This document shows, piece after piece, positions 31,501 to 41,142 of a DNA stretch of 64,000 nucleotides. The DNA lies in NCBI GenBank assembly GCA_963788235.1, contig CAWBFV010000004.1, positions 572,996 to 636,995 of the forward strand. The letters run 5' to 3'. Under the pieces are notes generated by a model. The model had not been told where the DNA came from and did not search any database. It saw only the letters and a list, made by a program, of their open reading frames with translations. Both the position numbers and the translations under genes were made by a program. Every line of letters starts with the position of its first letter. Position 1 is the first letter of the stretch. This DNA is from an uncultured Chloroflexia bacterium. Its GTDB lineage: Bacteria; Chloroflexota; Limnocylindria; Limnocylindrales; CSP1-4.

Positions 31501-32098
31501 TAGTAGGCCATGTAGTCGTCGACTCGGAGTCGCTCGACGGTCCGAGCGCTTCCGCCGAGGGCGACGTACAGCCATTCGGGGCGGACGCCCTGGATGGCTT
31601 CCAGCTGATCGACGTACGAACAGATCTGAAGGACGGCACTCGCCTTCACATGCCGGGCGAGCTTGGTGTCGGCGACCTCGTAGTGGTACGGGCCCCACAC
31701 GGACGGCCGGTCGGGGCTCTCGACGCGCAACAGGAAGTCCGCGTGGCCGCGCCAGGTGCCGTCGAAGAACGTCGCCTGGTAGATGCACGTCCGCGCCCGA
31801 TGCCATCGCCTCGACGGTCGCCGTAGCGGCCGCCCGGAGCCGCGTGCCGTAGTCGTCGATCGACCCGTCTGGCTCGATCGTCGACAGCCGTGCGACCGTC
31901 AGACGCCAGGTCGGCCAGGAAGCGCTTCTCGTGCTCGAACCCTCGCTTGCGGATCACGTCGAGTTCGGGGTCGTCGCGCATCGGCCGCGCGACTAGGCCA
32001 GCCACAGCAGCGCGCTCTAGCGCGGTCAGGTGTTCGCAGGCGAGATAGGCGACGAGATCCGTGGCGGCGTAGACCGGCCGCCCATCGATCTGTTGCAC
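28506..32098 (-). CDS. TM0106-family RecB-like nuclease fused to RNase H-like and Dna2/Nam7-type SF1 helicase domains; frameshifts near 31884 and 31785
   Basis: N-terminus AATDLVAYLACEH, IYQATF...GHADFLLR...YEVADTK...LQICSY, FFDIEGDP, YHYAPYE, SYSIKRME, YNQDDV, Walker A IQGPPGSGKT, VDEAGQ, LGDPQQL, APYNAQV, GTVDKFQGQE, RLNVATSRA. Confidence 0.9.
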
Positions 32099-32165
32099 GG
32101 CCCAACCTTAGCCGTCGGGCGCGTCACCTTGCCTGTCACGGCCCACGGCCGATAGGCTCGTCCCG

Positions 32166-32640
32166 ATGGCACACATGCACCGCGACCCTGAGCGCCCCGA
32201 TCCTGCTGAGCCGTCGCGCGAGCGCGTGCGCGAGACGTTCGTCGAGCGCCGCATCCGCGTCGCCATGGACGACGGCGCCTTCGACGATCTGCCGCACCAG
32301 GGCCGGCGTCTACCCCTCGAGGACGACTCGTTGGCGGGCGAGTGGGCGATGGCCCACCACCTGCTCCGGAACGCCGGCGTGGCACCGCCCTGGATCGAGG
32401 CGGACAAGACCGCCCGCGGTCACCTGCACGAGCTGGATCGCGTCCTGTCGCGCGCGCCGACACGTTCAGGCGCTGCCCGGACCCGCGCCCGGGCGGACGT
32501 CGCGAGGATCGTCGATGCTGCCGAACCGGGCGATCACGCGACTCAACGTCGAGGCGCCGACCGAGCGCCAGCATCGACGGTTGGTCAGCCTCGAGGACGC
32601 ACTCGCGCGGTTCGACCGGGCGGCCGGCGCCCGACGCTAG
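32166..32640 (+). CDS. DUF1992 (DnaJ-associated) domain protein; frameshift near 32530
   Basis: VERRIRVAMDDGAFDDLPHQGRRL...HHLLRNAGVAPPWIE; C-terminus AITRLNVEAP in another frame. Confidence 0.8.
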
Positions 32641-32644
32641 TCGA

Positions 32645-32848
32645 TCAGTTGGCGCGGCGGGTGTAGCCGCAGACCGGGCAGGTCGCGATCCCCTGGGTCG
32701 TATCGACCTCGAGGAAGCTCGCGCAGCCATTGGTCCGGCAATAGGGCCGCAGCGCTGAGCTGGCGGCGTGGGTGGAGGCGCGACGGCGAAGCCGGCGCAT
32801 GTTGCTGGCGCGACCCGCGTATGTCGCGGTCGCAGAACGGGTCATCAT
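32645..32848 (-). CDS. Small basic zinc-ribbon protein (67 aa)
   Basis: YCRTNGCASFLEVDTTQGIATCPVCGYTRR (CxxxxC...CxxC) with an Arg-rich N-terminus. Confidence 0.6.
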   Translation of the reverse strand: MMTRSATATYAGRASNMRRLRRRASTHAASSALRPYCRTNGCASFLEVDTTQGIATCPVCGYTRRAN

Positions 32849-33189
32849 CGTGTGGTTGCTTCTATATCTTTCTGGCGCGCCACAGGCGGTCTGGGCCTGG
32901 GCAGCGACCCCTCGTGTTCGTCGCTCTGTGTAGCCCGAAACAGGGCCAGAGCGTTCTCGGTATCCGGGGCGGAGTGCCGGGAGCGTCCGTTGTCGAGGCG
33001 CTCGACCGGGCCGTCACTGCGGACCGTTGATGGAACGATCATACCCTCTCGTGCACGAATCCGTCGACCTGACTATCGGCAGGGGCGTTTGGGACTGCCG
33101 AAATCGGCCTTGCCAGCCGCCATCTGGGGTCTACCATGCAGGGGCCGCGCGATGCGCGGCTTTGGAGTATCGAGGGAGGCACACGCCAT

Positions 33190-33747
33190 ATGGATGCACC
33201 GAGTCCGAGCGCGCCCACCCCAAGCGCCCCGACGTCCGGCCTCGTCTACGCCGATGTACCCAACAGGGTGATCGCGATCATCATCGATTTCTTCATCCTC
33301 GCCGTGTTGTTCGTGATCGTCGGCATCGTCCTCGCCGCGGTCGGTCTGGCGACCGGCGCGATCGGGACGTCGGGCAGTAGCTCGGCTGTCGGTTCCATCG
33401 TCGGAGCGATCATCGGTTTGGTGGTCGGCGGCGGATATTTCGTCTACACCTGGACGTCGATGCGGGCGACGGTCGGTATGCGTCTTCTCGGGATGCAGGT
33501 TGGCAACGCGGGCGATGGCAAGACGCTGACGACGGAGCAAGCCGTGCGCCGCTATCTCGCCCTGGCAGGGCCCGGCGTGATCGCGAACTTCTTCAGCGGT
33601 TTCCCGGTGATCGGTGCATTGCTGTCGTTGCTCTCCCTTGGATGGGTCATCTACCTGCTGTACACGACCGCAAACAGCCCCACCAAGCAAGGCTGGCACG
33701 ACATCTTCGCGAACACCCAGGTCGTCAAGGCCGCCAAGAGCGTGTGA
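33190..33747 (+). CDS. RDD family membrane protein
   Basis: YADVPNRVIAIIID, ATVGMRLLGMQV, QGWHDIFANTQVV; SD GGGAGG. Confidence 0.92.
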   Translation: MDAPSPSAPTPSAPTSGLVYADVPNRVIAIIIDFFILAVLFVIVGIVLAAVGLATGAIGTSGSSSAVGSIVGAIIGLVVGGGYFVYTWTSMRATVGMRLLGMQVGNAGDGKTLTTEQAVRRYLALAGPGVIANFFSGFPVIGALLSLLSLGWVIYLLYTTANSPTKQGWHDIFANTQVVKAAKSV

Positions 33748-33762
33748 CCCACCGCTCCCGTG

Positions 33763-33790
33763 CTGGCGCCGGTATGGAGACCGGCGCTAG
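33763..33790. terminator. Hairpin between convergent RDD and SCO1664 genes
   Basis: CTGGCGCCGGT-ATGGAG-ACCGGCGCTAG. Confidence 0.5.
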
Positions 33791-34524
33791 AACGGCGGCC
33801 AGGGGATCGCCGGCCAGCCCGGCGACGGGAACGGAAACCGGCCCGACTCGAGTAGCGCGTCCACGCGCCTGATCATCGCGCGCACCTCGGCGCGGCTGAG
33901 CAGCCCACGAAGCTCGCCGGCGAGCGCACCATCGAGAGCCGCGCGGGCGCGCTCGAGGCCGGCCAGCTCGTCCGGGAGCAGCCGCTCGCCGCGCCACGCC
34001 CACAGCACCGTGCGCAGCTTAGGGGTGACCGAGAAGCACACCCCGTGATCAACGCCGTAGACGTGGCGCCCGCCGTCGACCGGGAGGATGTGGCCGCCCT
34101 TGCGGTCGGTGTTGTTGACGGCAGCATCGAAGGCCGCCATCCGCCGGAGACGCGGCTCGTCTTCGTTGATCCAGGCGATCACGTCGATCGCGGGGTCGGG
34201 CTCGATGTACGCCTGGAGCATGCCCTCGCCGAACGGCCCGTCGCGCAGGATCGTCGGTGGCACGATCGACCAGCCCATCGCCTCCGACACGTGGTAGGCC
34301 GCGAGCTCGCGAAACCCGAGCGTGCCGTCCGGGAAGTCGTCGAGCGGCCGCTCGCCCGCCACCGGCTTGTGGATCGCGTGGATCACGCGTGGTGGCTCGC
34401 CGGGATCGGGGCAGGGGAGCGTCACGGTGACGAGCAGCGCGTTGTTGCTCGACTCGAGGATGCGACCGACGATCGCGATCTCGCCGTCGCGCAGGACCTC
34501 CAGGGTCGAGGATCGGTCGAGCAT
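33787..34524 (-). CDS. SCO1664 family protein (PI3/PI4-kinase-like)
   Basis: SSNNALL, HKPVAGERPLDDFPDGTLGFRELAAY, VPPTILRDGPFGEGM, NNTDRKGGH, GVDHG, PKLRTVLW, WPAIPWPPF. Confidence 0.92.
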   Translation of the reverse strand: MLDRSSTLEVLRDGEIAIVGRILESSNNALLVTVTLPCPDPGEPPRVIHAIHKPVAGERPLDDFPDGTLGFRELAAYHVSEAMGWSIVPPTILRDGPFGEGMLQAYIEPDPAIDVIAWINEDEPRLRRMAAFDAAVNNTDRKGGHILPVDGGRHVYGVDHGVCFSVTPKLRTVLWAWRGERLLPDELAGLERARAALDGALAGELRGLLSRAEVRAMIRRVDALLESGRFPFPSPGWPAIPWPPF

Positions 34525-34537
34525 CGGGTCGCCCGAC

Positions 34538-35116
34538 TCAGTTGACGAAGTGGCCGTTGCGCCGTGGGCAGATGTGCCCGAGCGGGTCGAGCGGTGCCCC
34601 GCACAGCGGACACGGCGGTCGCCCGGACGCGACGACCTTCGCCGCCCGAGCCACGAACCCGCGTGCCGCGGCGGCCGTCATGCGCACCCGCAGCAGGTCC
34701 GGACCGTCCTCGTCCTCGTCGTCATCGTCGTCGGGATCGATCGCCTCGCCGTCCTCGTCCTGGGCCCGCGCCTCGACGAGGACGCGACCCGCGCCGCCAT
34801 CCCAGCCCAGCGTCAGCGAACCCGCGCGGAACGCCTCGTTCAGCGGCTCGTCGAGCGGCTCGACGTCACCGTCCTCGGCGACGACCGCCTCGATCTCCGG
34901 TTCCTCGCCGACCTCGGGGACGCCGCGCCGGACGAGCTCCTCGAGCAACGCACCCAGGCGCTCGGCGAGGACCGCGACCTGGACCTTCTCGAGCGCCACC
35001 GAAACCACGCGACCGCCCTCGCGTGCCTGGAGGAAGAAGGCCCGATCGCCCGGTTGGCCGACCGTCCCGGCCACGAAACGGTCGGGCGGATCGAAGATGT
35101 AGCGACGCCGGGGCAT
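34538..35116 (-). CDS. DUF3090 family protein
   Basis: FDPPDRFVAGTVGQPGDRAFFLQA...LEKVQV...GRPPCPLCGAPLDPLGHICPRRNGH. Confidence 0.92.
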   Translation of the reverse strand: MPRRRYIFDPPDRFVAGTVGQPGDRAFFLQAREGGRVVSVALEKVQVAVLAERLGALLEELVRRGVPEVGEEPEIEAVVAEDGDVEPLDEPLNEAFRAGSLTLGWDGGAGRVLVEARAQDEDGEAIDPDDDDDEDEDGPDLLRVRMTAAAARGFVARAAKVVASGRPPCPLCGAPLDPLGHICPRRNGHFVN

Positions 35117-35175
35117 GCTTGGACTCTATACCGAATCGGCCTGCTGGTCGGTCGGTCGCTGGGCCATGGCGCCGC

Positions 35176-36721
35176 TCAGGACACGCTCACGGAGATCGTG
35201 TGCCAGCCCCGCGCGCCGTCAGGCGCCGGCCGGGACGGGATCTGCTCCTGGACCGCGCCGGTGCCGTCGGTCGCGCGGACCGAGATCGTGTGCTGCCCGG
35301 CGGTCGCCTCCCACGGGTACAGCCACTGGACCCAGGTGGCCGTCGGAAATCGGCTTCGACAGCGTGGCGTCGTGCCAGACATCGTCGATCCCGACCTCGA
35401 CCTTGCTGATCCCGCGATCGGGTGCCCAGGCCACGCCGGCGATCGGCACGCGACCCGCGACGGCCGAGCTGCGCGGCGTCTCGATCCGCGACTGCGTCAG
35501 GATCGGACCCTCCTTCGCCCAGCCGAGCGGGACCCAGTAGGCGTCGTATTCCTCCCATGTCGTCAGCTCGAGCTCCCACAGCCACTTCGTCGCCGACACG
35601 TAGCCGTACAGGCCGGGAACGATCAGGCGGGCCGGATAGCCGTGGTTGCGCGGGAGCGGCTCGCCGTTCATCTCGACCGCGATCATCGGCTCGCGCGCCG
35701 GATCCATGACCCACTCCATCGGCATGCCGGCCGTCCAGCCGTCGACCGATCGGCCGACCAGCTGCGAGGCCTGCGACGTCGGCTCGGCGATGGCGAGGAC
35801 GTCGCGCAACCGGACGCCGGTCCACTTCGCGTTCCCGACCAGCCGCCCACCGACCTCGTTGCTCACGCAGGCGATCGTCACGTACTGCTCGAACATGGGC
35901 ATCGAGATCAGCTGATCCCAATCGAGCGTCGTCTCGCGCTCGACGAGCCCGTGGATCCTGAGGTGCCACGTCGCGGTGTCGAGCGATGGGACCAGCAGGG
36001 CCGTGTCGATGCGGTAGAAGAACTCGTTGGGCACGACGATCGGCGTCAGGCCCTGGACCGTCGTGGACAGGTCCTCGTCAGGGGTCAGCGGTGCGACGAC
36101 CTCCGCGGGGGCCGGCAGCGGTACCGAAGGGGTCGGTGCCTCCCGGCCGGAATCGATCGCGGAGCGGCCGAATGCGCCTGCGGCGAGCGCCCCGATCCCG
36201 ATCGCGCCGGTCCGCAGCAGGAACGAGCGCCGGGCGGGGTCCGAGATCGCCGGCCGATCGTCGCCCGCGTTTCCCGACACGCCGAGCTTCCCGAGCAGCC
36301 ACGACAGCGTCTGGATGGCCACACCGGTGGCGACCGCGGACTGGATCGCGACCATCGTCGGCATCGCGAGCACTTGTCCGATACCCGCGGCGAACCCGAC
36401 GAGGCCGAAGGCCCCGAACCCGAGCGCCCCGACGGCGAAGCGGCGGGCGGCGAGGATCCCGAACAGCGCGCCGAGGGTCACTGCCGCGACCGTGACCACG
36501 ATCTCGAGCGCGAGCTTGTCGTTGGTCCCGAACAGCTGGACGACGACATCCTTGGCGCCCGGCGGCTGGAGATCGATCACGACCTGGCCGACGGCGTCGA
36601 TGAGCGAGGTCGCGCCGGGCAGGATGCCGGCGACGGCCTCGGAGACCCCGAGCCCGAGCGCGGCCGCGGCGATCCCCCCGAGCGCGGCGAGCGCGCGTTG
36701 CGATGCGTTCACGCGAGTCAC
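35176..36721 (-). CDS. Membrane-anchored molybdopterin oxidoreductase (sulfite oxidase family); frameshift near 35340
   Basis: N-terminal TMs with FGTNDKLAL, internal RRSFL, FYRIDTAL, Mo-binding TIACVSNEVGG, NAKWTGV, HGYPARLIVPGLYGYVSATKW, GVAWAP and C-terminal VRATDGTGAVQ...PDGARGWH. Confidence 0.88.
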
Positions 36722-36754
36722 GCGAGCATCGTCGCCCGTTCGCGTGACGGCTAC

Positions 36755-36777
36755 GTGACGTGGCCGCGCCACGTCAC
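36755..36777. terminator. 10-bp stem hairpin directly after the PBP stop codon
   Basis: GTGACGTGGC-CGC-GCCACGTCAC. Confidence 0.6.
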
Positions 36778-36782
36778 CGGGT

Positions 36783-39605
36783 TCAGGGTGCAGGGGACGC
36801 GGACGCGGCGGCCGGTGCCGGAGGCGGTGTCGGCTCTGGGGTGGGCTCCGGGGTCGGCTCGGGCGTCGGCTCGGGTGTCGGTTTCGGCGTCGGCTCAGGC
36901 GTCGGTTCCGGGGTCGGCTCCGGGGTCGGCTCGAGGCTCTGCGACGGCTCACCGGACGGCGGCGGGCAGGGCAGCGCCGCGACCTCCGAACCCGATGGCG
37001 ATGGGATCTCGAACGACGGGACCACGCCGCTCGGATCCGGCGTGGGGATCGGGATGCAACTGGGGGACGGGCTCGGCGAACCGCAGCCCTTGCCGGTCAC
37101 GAACGGCCCCCATGTCCTCCCGTACGGGTTGAACTGGCTGTTGTAGAAGTAGGCCGTCCTCGTTCGGTCCGGGCCGCCAGCCACGCCGGAGCCACGCTGC
37201 GCGCGGCGGATCCAGTCCCTGTCGGCCTCGACCCAGTTCGAGAACTTGCGCTCGTGGAAGTTCGACGCGATGGCCGCGTCACCGCAGACATCCTTCGGGA
37301 GCGCCGATTGGGGCTCCGTCCCGCTGAGGAACCATTCGTCGACCGTCTCGCTGCCGCTCGACGGCTGCATCCCCGTGAATGCGTCGATCTTGGCCTGCGT
37401 GAGTCCTTCCGCCGGACGTGCGAAGCGGGTGATCTCCCACTTGCGCGAGGCTTCCTGCATGAACCCCTGCCAGACGTAGGTCGACACGTCGATCGAGAAG
37501 ACCGGACGGTCGGGCGTCGAGACCGGCGTGTTGTCGCTGTTGCCGTTCCAGACCCCGGCGACGAGCGCATATGCCCCGCCGGCGCGGCCCTCCTTCGACG
37601 GCGGCGCGATGAAGCCGTACGCATTGAGGTCCTTTGCATCGTTGTTGGTTCCGGTCTTGAGCGTGGCCGGCCGGCGTGCGTTCTCGGGTCCGGCAAGGGA
37701 GAACCGGCCCCAGAACGGGTTGACCCGACGCTGGGTGTTGCCGTTGAGGATGTCGGTCACGATGAACGCCGCCTGCGGGCTGACGACCTGGGCGGGCTTC
37801 GTCTCGACTGGCTTGAGCAGCTCGCTGCCGGCGCGATCCGTGATGCTCGTGATGGTCGTCCGGTTCGGCCGTGCTCCGCCGTTGGCGAGGGTGGCATAGG
37901 CCGTGACGAGATCGATCGGGCGGGTCTCGGCCACGCCAAGGGCGAGCGCGAGGCCGGCATCGGTCGTGTCGCTTTGGAACGTCATCCCGAATTCCTTGGC
38001 CTTGGCGAAGACGTGGTCCGGGCTGTTGAGGGCCATCGCCTTGACCGAGGGGATGTTCAACGAGAACTGGAGAGCGGTCCGCACGCGGACCGGTCCTCGC
38101 TCGAGATTGTCGGCATCGGTCGGTGAATAGCCGCCGCCGAAATCGGTCGCGGTGTCCATCAGCATGTCGCCGGCGGTGAACGCCTTGTCGTTGATCCCGG
38201 TCGCGTAGTTGAACGGCTTGAACGCCGATCCCGGCTGGCGGAAGCCCTGGCCGACGACGTCGAACTGCGGCTGGAACTCGGGCCGGCTCTTGCTCGCGTA
38301 GTACTCCGCGGAGCCGACATAGGCGATGACCTGGCCGGTCTGGTAGTCGAGGGCGACGAGAGCACCATTGCCGATGTTCTTGGTCTGCAGGTTGCGCATC
38401 CACGGCAGGTATTCGTCGAAGCCAAGCGCCTTCGCGGCCGCGGGTGCGTTCCGCCCCCGGTGGGGCACGATCGTCGCGACCTTGACCCACTTCTCGGCGA
38501 TCTTCTGGAGCCTGAGGTCGAGCGTCGTCGTAACCCGCAACCCGCCGGCGTCGAGCTGCTCGCAGGTCGAAGTGCCCTCGCCACAGAGCCGCGACGCAAG
38601 CTCGTCGCGCACCGACCAGACGAAGTGCGGGGCGAGCCAGTGCGGCGTCGCCTGTCGCGCGAGCGGGAGGTCCTTGCCCTTCTCGGCATCGAAGTCGCCG
38701 GCGGAGTACTCGTCCTTCGACATCGGCGTCCGGCCGTCCGCGAGCAACGTCAGGACCGTGTCACGCCGCTGCGCGATCTTGGTGTCCGCCGCCACGAAGA
38801 GATGCGTGGCCGCGGCCGGGCACGGGTCGCCCTCGGGCGGTGTCGTGTCGCACGTCTCGGTGGCGTTGCGGACCAGGTCGTAGTTGGACGGGGACTGGGG
38901 GAGCGCCGCGATGATCGCCGCCTCGCCCGGGGTCAGGTCGGCGAGGGCCTTCCCGAAATAGCCGCGAGCAGCGGCCTTCACGCCGTAGGTCTGGTTGCCG
39001 TAGTAGTTGAGGTTCAGGTAGGCGGTGATGATCTGCTTCTTGCCCTCCTCCCCCTGGAAGGCCTGCGTCAGCCGGATCGACTGGAGGATCTCCTTGAGCT
39101 TGCGCTCCGCGGTGCGCTTCGGGTCCTGGACGAGGTCGGGCTTGAGCAAACGCGCGCGCACGAGCTGCTGGGTGATCGTCGACGCGCCGCGTCCGGAGCC
39201 GCGCAGCGAATCGATGCCGGCCGCGACGATCGCGACGGGATCGAAGCCGGCGTTCTCCCAGAACGTCTTGTCCTCGATCGCGGTTGTCGCATCGAGCATG
39301 ATCGGCGGGATCTCATCGAACGTGACGACGTCGCGCTTGAACTCGCCGAACCGGGCGAGCTCGGTCTTGCCCGTCCGATCGAGGACCACGGTCTCCTCGG
39401 GGAGCTCCAGGTTGCTCAGACCCTTGACCGGGTCGTCCAGATCCGACGAGATCGAGGCGTACACCGTGATGACCGCGAAGGCGGTGATGATGCCGACGCC
39501 GGCGAGGAACGCGAACACGATGACGGCCAGCCAGCCGGCGGTGGAACGGCGAGGTTCAGGGGCGCGCCGGGCCTGGTAGGCCTGGGATCGGTAGCTCGAT
39601 GACAC
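36783..39605 (-). CDS. Class A penicillin-binding protein (transglycosylase + transpeptidase) with a Pro/Thr-rich tail
   Basis: N-terminal TM, TAIEDKTFW, GASTITQQL, RKLKE, YLNLNYYG, QPGSAFKP (SxxK), SLNIP (SxN), KTGT. Confidence 0.94.
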   Translation of the reverse strand: MSSSYRSQAYQARRAPEPRRSTAGWLAVIVFAFLAGVGIITAFAVITVYASISSDLDDPVKGLSNLELPEETVVLDRTGKTELARFGEFKRDVVTFDEIPPIMLDATTAIEDKTFWENAGFDPVAIVAAGIDSLRGSGRGASTITQQLVRARLLKPDLVQDPKRTAERKLKEILQSIRLTQAFQGEEGKKQIITAYLNLNYYGNQTYGVKAAARGYFGKALADLTPGEAAIIAALPQSPSNYDLVRNATETCDTTPPEGDPCPAAATHLFVAADTKIAQRRDTVLTLLADGRTPMSKDEYSAGDFDAEKGKDLPLARQATPHWLAPHFVWSVRDELASRLCGEGTSTCEQLDAGGLRVTTTLDLRLQKIAEKWVKVATIVPHRGRNAPAAAKALGFDEYLPWMRNLQTKNIGNGALVALDYQTGQVIAYVGSAEYYASKSRPEFQPQFDVVGQGFRQPGSAFKPFNYATGINDKAFTAGDMLMDTATDFGGGYSPTDADNLERGPVRVRTALQFSLNIPSVKAMALNSPDHVFAKAKEFGMTFQSDTTDAGLALALGVAETRPIDLVTAYATLANGGARPNRTTITSITDRAGSELLKPVETKPAQVVSPQAAFIVTDILNGNTQRRVNPFWGRFSLAGPENARRPATLKTGTNNDAKDLNAYGFIAPPSKEGRAGGAYALVAGVWNGNSDNTPVSTPDRPVFSIDVSTYVWQGFMQEASRKWEITRFARPAEGLTQAKIDAFTGMQPSSGSETVDEWFLSGTEPQSALPKDVCGDAAIASNFHERKFSNWVEADRDWIRRAQRGSGVAGGPDRTRTAYFYNSQFNPYGRTWGPFVTGKGCGSPSPSPSCIPIPTPDPSGVVPSFEIPSPSGSEVAALPCPPPSGEPSQSLEPTPEPTPEPTPEPTPKPTPEPTPEPTPEPTPEPTPPPAPAAASASPAP
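36825..36935 (-). repeat. 12-bp coding tandem repeats encoding (EPTP)n in the PBP tail
   Basis: EPTPEPTPEPTPEPTPKPTPEPTPEPTPEPTPEPTPP. Confidence 0.85.
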
Positions 39606-39767
39606 GCACGTCTCCGGGCTGCGGAAGGGTCGATGTCGGCGCCAAGCATGGCGCAAGACGGCCGATGACGGGGACGCGGAGGTGGCTGCAAGCGTGACGT
39701 CCGCCTCGCGAAACCGGCCGGATCAGCCGCGTGGGCGGCCGCGGATCGGCCGAGTGAAGGGCCCGGG

Positions 39768-41036
39768 TCAGGCCTGGTGGAAGCGGGGCAGGTGGGCCTT
39801 GTCGGCCTCGAGGATCGCGTCGAGCAGCGGCGACGCGATCTCCGCCCCGATGAGCGGGTTCGTGGCGAGCGCCCGCAGCGCGATCTCTCGGTCACCGGTC
39901 TTGGCGGCCTGGATCGTCAGCTCCTCGTACGCCTTGATCGCCTGCACGAGGCCGCGCTGCTCGGCGGCGAGCGGCGCGAGCTTGCGCGGATGGGCCCCAT
40001 CCCGATCGATCACGGCGGGGATCTCGACGACGGCGCTGTCGGGCAGGTCGGGGAGCGCGCCGTCGTTGCGCACGTCGACGACCTGCACGTCGCCCGCGCC
40101 GTCGTAGAGCGAGGCGATCAGCTGGGCCGCGGCCTCGCTGTAGAACGCGCCACCACGGTGATCGAGCAGCTCGGGCTTGGTGTCGAGCTTGGGGTCGCGG
40201 TACATCTCGAGCAGCCGAGCCTCGATGTCCATGACGTCGCGTGCCCGCGTGTGCCCGTTCTGCTGTTCGGCCAAGACCGTCCGGGTCAGGTAGTAGTAGC
40301 GCAGGTAGTAGGACGGGATCGCGCGGATCCAGTGGAGCATGTCCACGGGGAGACGGAGCTCATCGGCCAGATCGGCGGCGTCCTCGTCGAGCAGATCCCG
40401 CAGGCGATCCTCGCCATCGACCCGCACCGCCCGCTCCCAGGTCAGATGGTTCAGCCCGACGTGCTCGAGCTCAACGCGCTCGGGAGACACCCCGAACCGG
40501 GCCGCGATGCGTCGCTGCAGCGTGATCGCGACGTTGCACAACCCGAGCGCCCGGTGACCGTCATCGAGGAGCGCCTGGGTCACGATGCCGACCGGGTTCG
40601 TGAAGTCGACGATCCAGGCGTCCTTTGCCGCCCGTTTCGCGGTCAGCTCGGCGAGCTCGAGCACGACCGGCACGGTCCGCAGGGCCTTGGCGAACCCACC
40701 GGCCCCGGTCGTCTCCTGACCGATGACCCCGAACTTGAGCGGGAGCGTCTCGTCGACGAGGCGGGCCGCCTGTCCGCCGACCCGCAGCTGGAGCAACACG
40801 AAGTCGGCGCCATCGATCGCGCTGTCGCGATCGCCGGTGAGCGTCAGTCGGCCGGGCCAACCAAGACGGTCGAGCATCCGTCGGGCCAGACCACCGACGA
40901 TCTCGAGGCGCTCGTCGTCGATGTCGAGCAGGACCAGCTCGTCGACGGGGAGGCGCTCCGATCGGCGGGCGAACCCCTCGACGAGCTCGGGCGTGTACGT
41001 GCTGCCGGCACCCACGACCGTGACCTTGGTGCCCAT
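39768..41036 (-). CDS. 6-phospho-beta-glucosidase, glycoside hydrolase family 4 (ChbF/LicH/CelF-like)
   Basis: KVTVVGAGSTYTPEL, QLRVGG, GQETTGAGG, DFTNPVG, GLCN, GLNHLTW, PSYYLRYYY, RGGAFYSEAA; SD GGAGG. Confidence 0.93.
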   Translation of the reverse strand: MGTKVTVVGAGSTYTPELVEGFARRSERLPVDELVLLDIDDERLEIVGGLARRMLDRLGWPGRLTLTGDRDSAIDGADFVLLQLRVGGQAARLVDETLPLKFGVIGQETTGAGGFAKALRTVPVVLELAELTAKRAAKDAWIVDFTNPVGIVTQALLDDGHRALGLCNVAITLQRRIAARFGVSPERVELEHVGLNHLTWERAVRVDGEDRLRDLLDEDAADLADELRLPVDMLHWIRAIPSYYLRYYYLTRTVLAEQQNGHTRARDVMDIEARLLEMYRDPKLDTKPELLDHRGGAFYSEAAAQLIASLYDGAGDVQVVDVRNDGALPDLPDSAVVEIPAVIDRDGAHPRKLAPLAAEQRGLVQAIKAYEELTIQAAKTGDREIALRALATNPLIGAEIASPLLDAILEADKAHLPRFHQA

Positions 41037-41051
41037 CCCACCTCCGGGGTC

Positions 41052-41085
41052 TTGACACGATTGCTTATAACGTTATCAGCAATCG
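41052..41085. promoter_or_regulatory. 28-bp near-perfect palindromic operator overlapping divergent promoters
   Basis: CGATTGCTTATAACGTTATCAGCAATCG (41058-41085, one mismatched pair); consensus TTGACA at 41052-41057 immediately adjacent. Confidence 0.8.
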
Positions 41086-41142
41086 CGCCCCGCGCAAGAC
41101 CCCATCGAGAGCGTCCGTCTGATCCAGGAGCAGCCGTTCCGG

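Noticed and set aside
28506-32098. TM0106 nuclease as CRISPR-associated Cas4
   Set aside because: No cas1/cas2 or array in the window; the architecture matches the stand-alone TM0106 helicase fusion.
36825-36935. Periodic repeats resembling a CRISPR or VNTR array
   Set aside because: 12-bp units with no spacers, encoding the EPTP linker of the PBP; no cas genes nearby.
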